Below are positions 50,423 through 59,073 of a stretch of 64,000 bases of DNA, piece by piece (position 1 is the stretch's first letter; each line of letters starts with the position of its first letter). The position numbers were made by a program, and so were the translations under genes. Below the pieces are notes generated by a model, which saw only the letters and a program-made list of their open reading frames with translations, did not search any database and was not told where the DNA came from. The stretch spans positions 352,001-416,000 of the forward strand of contig OZ242365.1 of NCBI GenBank assembly GCA_965208905.1, in the 5' to 3' direction. This DNA is from Nitrosopumilaceae archaeon (GTDB taxonomy: Archaea > Thermoproteota > Nitrososphaeria > Nitrososphaerales > Nitrosopumilaceae).

Positions 50423-51864
50423 GGAACTGTCCCATCTACAGCGCGTGTCCCAGGACAGCGCGTAGATTGACATCCTATTTTAGATGTTGGGCAAACAAGA
50501 AGCTTAAATATCATCAAGTGGTAAACCACACATGAAGTACAGAGGCGAAAAGTACGTCATTAGAACTCTTCGGTACCGTCTCAAGACATCAACCAAACTC
50601 ACCAGATATTTTGACTCGATATATTCGGAATCACACATATGGCTCAATGCGGGGATTGAGGCGCGTCGGGCCGGTCTGTCAGTATTCGACACCAACAAAA
50701 TAGCCACCATATGCCAGACAATCCCCCAAGCTTGGGTTCATGGCGCGATACGGGAAGGCCACAAGATGGAGGGATGTACTCACGTAAAGTATAGCAAAAA
50801 GGTTTACCCCCTGTTTAGTAGCGTGCCGCTCGGCAAAAAGTCCAAGGGTGACACGGTGTACTTTCCAAAGTGTGATACTTCTTTCAAACTGCAAAAAGGG
50901 TGTCTACCTGACACATCACAGTCGTATAAAATCGTAGATGTGTCGAATAGTACAGACAGGGAAAGACAGTTCGAGCTGCATGTAACTGTACGTGAACATG
51001 TCCCGGACCGTGTATGTACCGGCATACATGCGGGTATTGACATGGGCGGCAAGCACACACTGATTGTTGGAAAGTCTGACGGTACAATTGATATGCTTAC
51101 ATTGCGCGAGAAGGATACTATACGGAATATCGCACGGATTCAAAAGAAGATGTCCCATTGCAGACTTCACTCCCACAAGTGGTGTACACTGCACGCGCAG
51201 CTGCAAAGCACATACCGCAAGATGGGGAATAGGCAGACAGACAAGCTGCGTAAGTTTGCCAAAAAACTGTTCGCGCAATGCGATAAAATCATCATGGAGG
51301 GGATGAACCTCAGAACCATGACCACAAAAGGGAAGGATCAGAAAAACAAGAACCGTCTAATGCGACAATCAAAATGTGGCGAGGCGCGGGCCTTGCTGGC
51401 GCAACAATCACTTAAACATAACACCGAGTATGTCGAGATTGACCAGAAATATACATCACAGTTATGCTGTGTGTGCGGTAGTAAAAACACGGGGCGCAAA
51501 AGCAGCCAGTTCAGGTGTTATGATTGTAATGTTCTGATGCACGCTGATATAAACGCCGCATTCAACATCCTTTTCACTTTTCGTACTGTACAGTGGAGCA
51601 AGCGGGTGCAAGCCGTTTACGCACTGTACAACAAGGCCGGAATGGTCTTGAGAGGGAAGATACATCTCGCGACACTCACTATACCCAGTGTCGTTGGTGA
51701 TGTGATGGCCGGTACAGGCTGTCCAAAGGATGGGCGTCAAAGTCCAACCAACAAGGAACGTCTCAATGGAGCTCCTCTGGATGGTAATTTGCCAACATCT
51801 GTGTTAACACAGGATGTCAATCAACGCGCTGTCTTGGGACACGCGCTGTAGATAGGACAGTTCC
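50423..51864 (+). mobile_element. Non-autonomous TIR element carrying tnpB (element B3)
   Basis: 54-bp TIR 50423-50476 / 51811-51864, 51/54 identical, same type as B2. No matching TSD (ATATCATA vs CACAAATT). Confidence 0.88.
50532..51851 (+). CDS. tnpB: TnpB RNA-guided endonuclease (subfamily B)
   Basis: GIDMG, IMEGMNL, CCVCG...CYDC, HADINAAFNI; TATA-like CTTAAATA ~25 bp upstream. Confidence 0.9.
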   Translation: MKYRGEKYVIRTLRYRLKTSTKLTRYFDSIYSESHIWLNAGIEARRAGLSVFDTNKIATICQTIPQAWVHGAIREGHKMEGCTHVKYSKKVYPLFSSVPLGKKSKGDTVYFPKCDTSFKLQKGCLPDTSQSYKIVDVSNSTDRERQFELHVTVREHVPDRVCTGIHAGIDMGGKHTLIVGKSDGTIDMLTLREKDTIRNIARIQKKMSHCRLHSHKWCTLHAQLQSTYRKMGNRQTDKLRKFAKKLFAQCDKIIMEGMNLRTMTTKGKDQKNKNRLMRQSKCGEARALLAQQSLKHNTEYVEIDQKYTSQLCCVCGSKNTGRKSSQFRCYDCNVLMHADINAAFNILFTFRTVQWSKRVQAVYALYNKAGMVLRGKIHLATLTIPSVVGDVMAGTGCPKDGRQSPTNKERLNGAPLDGNLPTSVLTQDVNQRAVLGHAL

Positions 51865-51883
51865 CACAAATTAGAATATTCAC

Positions 51884-52875
51884 TCTATAGTCCTGAAATC
51901 AGTTCGCTATTTAAGATATGAGTTGGGCAGTCGATATGTTTGGAATAGGGGCAAACGCCACAGGATCATGGCAAAACTTGATCCAGTCAAAGTAAGATAC
52001 ATCGTACGGCAAAAGGAGTTTGGAAGAAGCACTAAGGAAATAGCAGCGGAGATGAAGGTGAGTGGGCGATGGGTCCAAAAGTTGTATACCAAGTATCGCA
52101 AAATAAGGGAGATTCCATCCCTCAAAAAGCCTGGCAGGCCCAAGGCTGTCATTACAGACCGCATGCGCAAGATGGTATTGATATGCGTTGAACAGTACCA
52201 GATAGGTGCTGTAGGAATAGAAAAGGAGCTGGACAGATGGGGAATCCATATACCACACAACACCATTCACAGAATAATGATAGTCTGGACTGGCTACTAG
52301 TCAGCCAAAAAAAGTCACGTAGGCGCAGATGGATACGGTACGAGCGTACTCACTCAAACTCGATGTGGCATGCCGACTATAAACTGCTAGACGATGGTAG
52401 ATGGTTCATAGTATATCAGGATGATGCCTCGTGGTTCATAGTAGGATACGGCGTGTTCTCTGAGGCCACTGGCAGGCACGTAATAGACGTACTACATAAT
52501 GCAATATCAAAGCACGGCACGCCTGCCTCGATACTTACCGACCACGGCAGTTAGTTCTATGCAAGCGAGTCAGAACACAAGAAAAAGGGTGCTTCGGAGT
52601 TTGAGCAGGAACTGATTAGGTTAGGTATACGGCACATACCGGTACGGGTAAACCATCCCCAAACAAACGGCAAGCTGGATCGGTTTGAGGATATACGCAG
52701 GTTCGTAACCTGGTGGAACCATATCCGGCCTCACATGTCATTGGACTGGGACAGTCTGGAGACGCCTGCCGAGGCGTTTATACGCAAGATGCCGCCTAAA
52801 GGAACCACCGTGGTAGACGAGCAATCCAGGGGGCGTATGATGTCACGTGGGGCGAACTAATTTCGGGATTGCACA
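51884..52875 (+). mobile_element. Defective IS481-family insertion sequence
   Basis: Imperfect 24-bp TIR 51884-51907 / 52852-52875 with right end ...ACA; contains an integrase-core transposase remnant. Confidence 0.75.
51968..52860 (+). pseudogene. IS481-type DDE transposase pseudogene
   Basis: HTH and PGRP, then frameshift; WHADYK, TDHGS*FY (in-frame TAG at 52552), HPQTNGKLDR, RPHMSL. Confidence 0.85.
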
Positions 52876-55800
52876 TCATGTGTAGTCGGTCAGCAACATC
52901 TGTTCTCCACTACCTTTGCCAAATACCAGTTCAATCTCTTCGGATAAGGCACGTACACGATCCTTCTGATATTCGCCCACATCATACTTTGACACCAGCC
53001 TTTGAGTTATTTGGAGATATTTTGACACGGATGCTCGAGATATTGTAGGTATGGGGACTTTGCCGCAGGTGCACCGCCCGGTCAGTGGTGGACGACGAAA
53101 CTTCCCATTACAGGATGTGCATCTGAATGTTTGCCTGGCGTACGCCCGCAAGTTTCCCATTATATCTGGTACAAGGTGGGTATTTATCACATTATTTACT
53201 GTCTCGGGCGTGTCCACAGCGTCTATCAGGTTGGCGTTTTTAATCTGCATATCCAACTTGTCCAACATAGAACCAAGTGTAGAGTAGGCGCTCTGGGACC
53301 GTGATGTAACCAAAGTTGATGTATCATGTGTAAACAGATAATCAGAGAATTGTTTTGGTGTGTCAAGACGATCACGGGCCAGCTCTATACTTGTGATGTC
53401 AGCAGCCTTCTTCTTCATCAGCGTATCCTCAAAGAATTGTATGGAGTAAGCATCACAGACCTCCAGATTATGAGCCTGAGATGGAGATTCGTGGGGAAGA
53501 ACCGTGGGTTGTATCAGTAGAGGCGCATCCATCAGGCCGCCAATTTTGTCGGAGAGGAATTTTTTAGAAAAGTTCAACAGGGCATCCAGTAATAATATGA
53601 CTGAATCTGCATCACCATCAGCATCTCGACGTTTGGCTGCATGCCAGTTTGGGGTTGCAAAGCAGACCTGCGTGTTGGTAAACCCGATTATGCGGCCTGC
53701 CACTCCGACTGAGGTATGGGGAGCTAAACCTGCCACAAGATGACCCACCAGATCATCGATGGATTGTACATTGTAGAACCGCTCTTTATTATAGAATTTA
53801 GATAATAGATCGTCCACATATGCCGCTGCCTGCGCAAAGTATCTACCACATTCAGCTGGGAGTATAATGTCTTGTATGAATAACTCTACTGTTTGGTCTT
53901 TGTCTGTGAGTGGTCTTCCATGCATGTCATGTGTATAGCCCAATCTTTTGAGGGACTCAAGGGAGGTGCTAATCCAAGAGGGTTTAAAGTGGGTTAGTGT
54001 GACGTTGGTGGCATCAAAGCGAACCGTGCCATCTTTGAATACAGTTAGATTGTGGGCTTGTCGTAGCAGTCCTTTCTCTAATGGTTCAGGTACTTTATCA
54101 TAACTTATCAAAGATTCGACGCCTTTGAAGGGTTCATGTGCACGATATTTTATACGAGCCTGTGCTCTAACAAGTTCAGACTTTAATGGAAATTCACGTC
54201 TTTGGTGCGCATATGTGTCCTTGTGACATTTAGGGCACGTTAAGTCATCTGAGAATATCTTACACCATTTACACCATCTCTTAGTGCCGGTGTCACTGTT
54301 ACACTGGCGACAGACCAGACCTAGTGAAGTCTCACCGCAGTCTACGCATCCGCGCAACATTATATCAGTGAGGAAGGGTTCGGTGCGGGAGGCCTTTATT
54401 ATGTCTCGAGTAGGACCCCCGTCATTATTTATGGGAAAGAGGGAATGTATAGGTGGGTTCATGGTACGGGGCGCAGCCTTTTCGGGACGGCCAATTCGTA
54501 CCCCTATAGATATTGAAGATTTGGGGCGCAGTGTTATTCCCGAGGCTTGACTTAGCGCCAATATTGGCGGTACATCAAGTGCGGGCCGCTTATTTAGTAC
54601 AATTGTTCTGAATAGTTTGGCCTCATCTCCCGTCAATATTGCCAAACCACTCTGCATAACATGTGGAACGCCCAACTTTTCTAGTACTCTTTTGGCTTTA
54701 CTACCATATGTTATAGAGTTATCATCTGAACCTTCGGGCTCTAACAATAGTTGTAGCTCGTTACTGGATAAAAGATCCCAAAAGTACAGATATTTGGGGT
54801 GTAAGGGCACAGATAGTTTAGCGGATATGTCTAGCGCCTCTGAGAGTGTGGGGGTGTTGTCCAGTACTACCTGTTGTTGTGCCGCCTCTCTACTCCAAAA
54901 CTCCTCGACATATCCGGAAGGTACCAGTGTAGAGTTGTTCTCTAAAAAGTCACCGAATGGTATTAGTATATCGCCTAGATGTAGTATTCGGTGTACACTG
55001 TTTTTTAATGTCAGGGCATGTTGCGCATCTGTGATTTTAACAACGTCCCCGTTATGTAACATGACAGTTGGAGTCTCTATAGAGTCAACAAAGGCAATAG
55101 TTGCGCCTTTACCGGGTATGTTGGTCTTTATCTGCGTGCCGGCTACAATGGTATACTCTAGTAACTCTGCCACGGCGGGATGAAGGCCCACAGTTGCGAA
55201 TCCGGTATTGCACGCGCGTCCATATCTTAGACGGAAACCTCCTATCTTTCCGGCAGTGGATAGTACCGAACGTCCTGTAATCACACCCCGCATGCGTTTT
55301 GTCGAGTCGTCTTCTGCGTCTTGTGACTTTTTTGCGCCTTCTATCTCCTCAAGCCACTCCCAGCCTTTTAGTTTGTACATCTCTACACGTTTGCGCAGTT
55401 TCTTTGCCCTGCCTATCAGGCCATCATTGAGTACACGGAGGGCACCTCCCCGAACCCGGTCCGTCTTTATCCGGTGCATATTTCTGTGGTTTACGACCTC
55501 TACGTTGTCTGTATCCACTCCGGCCAACTCGACAGGCAAGTTTGAGATAACATGTATGATATCCTCATCTATAACATTATACTGAAAGTTGCCAGCATCC
55601 CTCTCGTATATCCTCAACTCCTCTACAAAACGGCCAGTCTCATCATCACCAAAAGAGTTTGCCTTGTACTTGTCGAGTCCGGCAATTGTTCTGGCATGGT
55701 CTGCAATCAACATTGTAACTGCAGACTCGGTACCGCCTGCAGACCTCATGGGGCCAGCAATTGAGACGGACAGATACTTTGTCCCATCCCTATTCTCCTT

Positions 55801-56205
55801 TATGTCAACACTGCTTATACCTTGTAGTGGTGCTATTGTAACCCCTTCAGTAACAATTGCCAATCCTACACGAACAGCCATATCAAGACGCTCTTCTAAT
55901 GATACATTAGGTGGTAGAAATTCACCCTTTACAATACGACTGGCCATCTCCAAAGCAGACATCTCTTTGTTCGTCTTGGCTAGCATATCTCGAAGTGTCT
56001 CTGCAATGTCAACATCGTGCATTTTTGCAACGCGGTCGGATAGGTCAAAGGCCACCTTTGGTTCGACCATATAAGATACATCAAATTTTGTAGATTTAGC
56101 GTCGGCTGCCACTTTATAAGTACTGGTAGTATAGTCTACCAATGAATGGTAGTACAGCCTATACTCATTAGGCATGGGTATGTCATCTAGTGGTGTGTTA
56201 GGCAA
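52876..56205 (-). CDS. polC: DNA polymerase D large subunit DP2
   Basis: GPMRSAGGT, GGFRLRYGR, GRPEKA, HAAKRRDADGDAD, C-terminal zinc finger. Confidence 0.97.
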   Translation of the reverse strand: MPNTPLDDIPMPNEYRLYYHSLVDYTTSTYKVAADAKSTKFDVSYMVEPKVAFDLSDRVAKMHDVDIAETLRDMLAKTNKEMSALEMASRIVKGEFLPPNVSLEERLDMAVRVGLAIVTEGVTIAPLQGISSVDIKENRDGTKYLSVSIAGPMRSAGGTESAVTMLIADHARTIAGLDKYKANSFGDDETGRFVEELRIYERDAGNFQYNVIDEDIIHVISNLPVELAGVDTDNVEVVNHRNMHRIKTDRVRGGALRVLNDGLIGRAKKLRKRVEMYKLKGWEWLEEIEGAKKSQDAEDDSTKRMRGVITGRSVLSTAGKIGGFRLRYGRACNTGFATVGLHPAVAELLEYTIVAGTQIKTNIPGKGATIAFVDSIETPTVMLHNGDVVKITDAQHALTLKNSVHRILHLGDILIPFGDFLENNSTLVPSGYVEEFWSREAAQQQVVLDNTPTLSEALDISAKLSVPLHPKYLYFWDLLSSNELQLLLEPEGSDDNSITYGSKAKRVLEKLGVPHVMQSGLAILTGDEAKLFRTIVLNKRPALDVPPILALSQASGITLRPKSSISIGVRIGRPEKAAPRTMNPPIHSLFPINNDGGPTRDIIKASRTEPFLTDIMLRGCVDCGETSLGLVCRQCNSDTGTKRWCKWCKIFSDDLTCPKCHKDTYAHQRREFPLKSELVRAQARIKYRAHEPFKGVESLISYDKVPEPLEKGLLRQAHNLTVFKDGTVRFDATNVTLTHFKPSWISTSLESLKRLGYTHDMHGRPLTDKDQTVELFIQDIILPAECGRYFAQAAAYVDDLLSKFYNKERFYNVQSIDDLVGHLVAGLAPHTSVGVAGRIIGFTNTQVCFATPNWHAAKRRDADGDADSVILLLDALLNFSKKFLSDKIGGLMDAPLLIQPTVLPHESPSQAHNLEVCDAYSIQFFEDTLMKKKAADITSIELARDRLDTPKQFSDYLFTHDTSTLVTSRSQSAYSTLGSMLDKLDMQIKNANLIDAVDTPETVNNVINTHLVPDIMGNLRAYARQTFRCTSCNGKFRRPPLTGRCTCGKVPIPTISRASVSKYLQITQRLVSKYDVGEYQKDRVRALSEEIELVFGKGSGEQMLLTDYT

Positions 56206-56207
56206 TT

Positions 56208-56954
56208 TTAGACTGATATAACCGCCTGTGCCATCTCTGAAAGTTTGTGCTGATTCTCCTTCTGCTCAAAGAGGGTGCCTATAACAAGTGCATTGGCTCC
56301 GGCCTCCACCAAATCTTTGGCGGTCTGTGTATCGGCTATGCCACCTCCCACAATCAAGAATCCATCAAAGACCTTACGAACGGCTCGTACCATCTCCGAA
56401 GTGATGGCCCTCTTTGAGCCTGAACCAGCCTCTAGATACACAAATCGCATGCCAAAGAATCTGGCCGCCAATGAGTATGCAGCAGCTATTTTTGGTTTAT
56501 CAAAGGGTATGCCACGAGCAGACCCTACAAACCAGGCAGATGTTCCATCGCCTATGACCAAGTATGCTGTAGGGAGTGGTTCTATACCAAATTTTAGAAT
56601 ATTTGGGGCGCCCAGCGCCTGAGCCTGAGTAATATAGTAGGGATTCTCAGAGTTTAAAAGAGAACTAAATAGTATTGCGTCCGCATCTGGAACTATTCCT
56701 GTAATGTTGCCGGGAAACAACACAACAGGTATCTGAATGTTTTGTTTTACACTTTTAACCACGCCGGCCATCTCAAATGAGTTTGTAGCTGATGAGCCGC
56801 CCACCAGTATCACCGAAGCTCCTGCTCGCTCGGCTGCAGCTGCTCGCTCGGCTGCTTCAGCCTCACTGGAGTCTTCTGAGTCTAAAAGAACAAAGAGTAG
56901 TGCTCTTTTGGTTTTCAGCTCTTCATTGAGATACCTTTCTATCGACTTCATCAT
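56208..56954 (-). CDS. Geranylgeranylglyceryl phosphate synthase
   Basis: VGGS, LFPG, YLEAGSG, VGGGI. Confidence 0.93.
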   Translation of the reverse strand: MMKSIERYLNEELKTKRALLFVLLDSEDSSEAEAAERAAAAERAGASVILVGGSSATNSFEMAGVVKSVKQNIQIPVVLFPGNITGIVPDADAILFSSLLNSENPYYITQAQALGAPNILKFGIEPLPTAYLVIGDGTSAWFVGSARGIPFDKPKIAAAYSLAARFFGMRFVYLEAGSGSKRAITSEMVRAVRKVFDGFLIVGGGIADTQTAKDLVEAGANALVIGTLFEQKENQHKLSEMAQAVISV

Positions 56955-57019
56955 ACCACAAGATAAGATGTACCCTTTAAAGTCTTTAATAGTTGTATAT
57001 ACAATATTGTATAGTAAAT

Positions 57020-57364
57020 ATGGTCTCTAATGAATACAGTTTTAATAAGATATTGAACAAAATTATAGAAAAATCATCATTTACAAAAAGAAATGTTGAG
57101 ATAATGTTAAGTAAAAGCCATCGACAGTTACAGATAAGCAGTGGCGCGTACTATAGACAAAAGAGTCAGATAAAGCAAAAGACCGAGTCAATCATATACT
57201 CACTGGTGTTACTGCAGGCGTTAAATATGCTCTCAAAAGAGAGTTTATATAGTATGGAGCAAATGTCCGAGAGTGTGAGTGTGATATTAGACAGTGATGT
57301 TAGTGAGGAGAGTGATATCATGCGTCTTTTGGATGAGATTGTAAAGAGGAGTGTTGTGATGTGA
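57020..57364 (+). CDS. Hypothetical helical protein, possibly DNA-binding
   Basis: SSFTKR...ISSGAYYRQ pattern; divergent from GGGP synthase. Confidence 0.75.
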   Translation: MVSNEYSFNKILNKIIEKSSFTKRNVEIMLSKSHRQLQISSGAYYRQKSQIKQKTESIIYSLVLLQALNMLSKESLYSMEQMSESVSVILDSDVSEESDIMRLLDEIVKRSVVM

Positions 57365-57658
57365 TTAACGTACGCCTGTGTTGTGATATCTAAGGGGTTT
57401 GGAGAGGGGATGTATAACTGTGATAATGTATGTTGTGATATTTGTTTATATTGTGAGTGATTGTGATTAAGGTATGGATTATGTGATGTTGTTCTTAGTG
57501 GGAATGGGAATATTTAGTGTGAGCCTTGTAACTGCATATATCACAATGAAAAATAGATGTGATGTGTACCGTGATGAGTTGATCAAACTAAAAATTAAAG
57601 TTGATATGTTATCACAACCTGAAGAATCACCTAGACAATCACGTTTTGATAATATCAC
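57281..57658. repeat. Array of 18 GTGAT/ATCAC pentamers
   Basis: GTGAT at 57281, 57294, 57312, 57356, 57361, 57383, 57420, 57435, 57457, 57463, 57483, 57559, 57571; ATCAC at 57540, 57611, 57626, 57638, 57654. Confidence 0.8.
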
Positions 57659-57869
57659 ACATGAGGTTTTAAGGTTGGTTAGGGAGAAATCCTTGACTGC
57701 ACGGGAGATACAAGGCGTGTTAGGCCAGAGCCGAGAGCATGTAGCCCGGCTTGTCAAGAAGATGGCCGATGATGGATATTTGAAGCGGATGAACACAAGA
57801 CCCTACACATATAAGATAACAGAGAAGGGCCTAGATTTACTCAAAGATGCCACCCAAAAGTCTGGGTGA
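57474..57869 (+). CDS. Membrane-anchored winged-helix DNA-binding protein
   Basis: N-terminal TM helix, short coiled coil, LTAREIQ...SREHVARLVKK...GYL...YKITEKG. Confidence 0.82.
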   Translation: MDYVMLFLVGMGIFSVSLVTAYITMKNRCDVYRDELIKLKIKVDMLSQPEESPRQSRFDNITHEVLRLVREKSLTAREIQGVLGQSREHVARLVKKMADDGYLKRMNTRPYTYKITEKGLDLLKDATQKSG

Positions 57870-57912
57870 TGGTAAACAAAGGTAATCATACATAAGGGTA
57901 GGAGCGCCGCTA

Positions 57913-58208
57913 GGGTAGGGCTGGATATAGTAGCAAGATGTCATTCATGATTGAGATCGTAGTAAGTTTGATGTAAGGGTAACCGAGAACGACTTCTCTT
58001 TTATTCCAAGGACAATCTGGACTTCATCTGTATGCTGATGGTCACCAGACATAAGATCTCGCGCCACATGGAGAGTGACCTGTCGGTGATAAGGGTACAG
58101 GGGTGAAATGGCGAGCCCGTCCCGTATCACAACACCATAGATATGCACCTGCGGACTATCCCGTACTGTTGGCTGGCCGGGATGTTGGTCAGGCTGTGCA
58201 TGGCCGAG
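57913..58208 (+). ncRNA. Candidate archaeal SRP RNA (divergent)
   Basis: ~295-nt GC-richer intergenic segment; ends can pair (GGCTG/TGGCC); long nested pairings (GACTTCTC/GGGATGTT, ATGG/CCAT) enclose two hairpins like helices 6 and 8; canonical helix-8 motif absent. Confidence 0.42.
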
Positions 58209-58276
58209 TAGTTGTGTAAACTTTTTGGTGTATATGGTAGGGTTGTGTTAGGTATCATAGAATGGTTAGACGTTGA

Positions 58277-58663
58277 TCAACGCCCAACTTTGAGATGGGG
58301 GTTTACATTAGTAGGAATGATATATGTCCATTCCCGGCCAGTTTTATGTCTCTGCATCTTTAACTTATCTGAAAAGCGGGCTAAGTATGTAGATACAACA
58401 CTAAGTTTGATGGGTTCGTTGTATTCATCCTCATACTTCTCCAACACCATATTAGAGGTAAAGTTCCCAGGAGTAAAGTATTTTTCAGCTACATGCCAAA
58501 TTTTCGCACCAATAGAGTCTAGTGGTGCAGTCTTTTTACCATCCATTAACTCTATCATCTCATATACTTTCAACAACTTTTCTTTGGTGACCTCACCTTC
58601 CAACTTTATATCAAAACGGACACCATCACCATCATCTACATCAATGCGTATGCGTTTTCTCAT
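58277..58663 (-). CDS. Origin-adjacent hypothetical protein with winged-helix-like C-terminus
   Basis: FTSNMVLEKY...LSVVSTYLARF...GREWTY. Confidence 0.78.
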   Translation of the reverse strand: MRKRIRIDVDDGDGVRFDIKLEGEVTKEKLLKVYEMIELMDGKKTAPLDSIGAKIWHVAEKYFTPGNFTSNMVLEKYEDEYNEPIKLSVVSTYLARFSDKLKMQRHKTGREWTYIIPTNVNPHLKVGR

Positions 58664-58800
58664 CTATAAGATATTAACAATTGTTCACTTATTACCACCT
58701 TTGTCAAAATCTGTTAACAACTAACATTGTTAATTTTGACAAGTGAATTTTCCATATATTATTTTTGGATTTAATGTATAATATAGAAGGAGAGGGTAGA

Positions 58801-59066
58801 ATGACGCCTGGAGTGGAAATGAAGGGGTCAGAATCAGTGATTAACATGTTAACCACACATGATGACGCCTGGAGTGGAAATGAAGGGGTCAGAATCAGCC
58901 TATTTCTTATTCTAGTTAACTTGATATTAACTACTGATTAACAGAGGCCCCCTCCCCACCATTTCCACTCCACTATAATAAAAAATAAAAAAAGAGTGAT
59001 CAAGAATAGATATCAGTATGAGATGTATTATATTCATAATGAGATGGAATGGAAATGAAGGGGTGA
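58801..59066. promoter_or_regulatory. Replication origin oriC with four ORB-like boxes and an AT-rich unwinding element
   Basis: GGAGTGGAAATGAAGGGG within a 37-bp direct repeat (58801-58837, 58862-58898); inverted copy ~58954-58972; fourth copy 59045-59063; AT-rich 58973-59040; directly upstream of cdc6. Confidence 0.88.
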
Positions 59067-59073
59067 GTGTCAG

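Noticed and set aside
135-51851. TnpB proteins as Cas12f/type V effectors or nuclease-dead TldR regulators
   Set aside because: No CRISPR arrays are adjacent and all RuvC acidic residues appear intact.
51884-52875. IS481 transposase as the mobiliser of the tnpB elements
   Set aside because: It is a pseudogene with its own unrelated TIRs (TGT..ACA type).
52876-56205. Intein in DP2
   Set aside because: Length is normal and the HAAKRRD motif region is uninterrupted.
57913-58208. RNase P RNA or group II intron interpretation
   Set aside because: GGTGAAATGGC resembles one RNase P motif, but the GAGGAAAGUCC and ACAGAA..GGCUUA regions are absent and there is no intron domain V.
58801-58898. 37-bp direct repeat with a 24-bp spacer resembling a mini CRISPR array
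   Set aside because: Only two copies, the core is the ORB motif that also occurs inverted and next to cdc6, and no cas genes are present.
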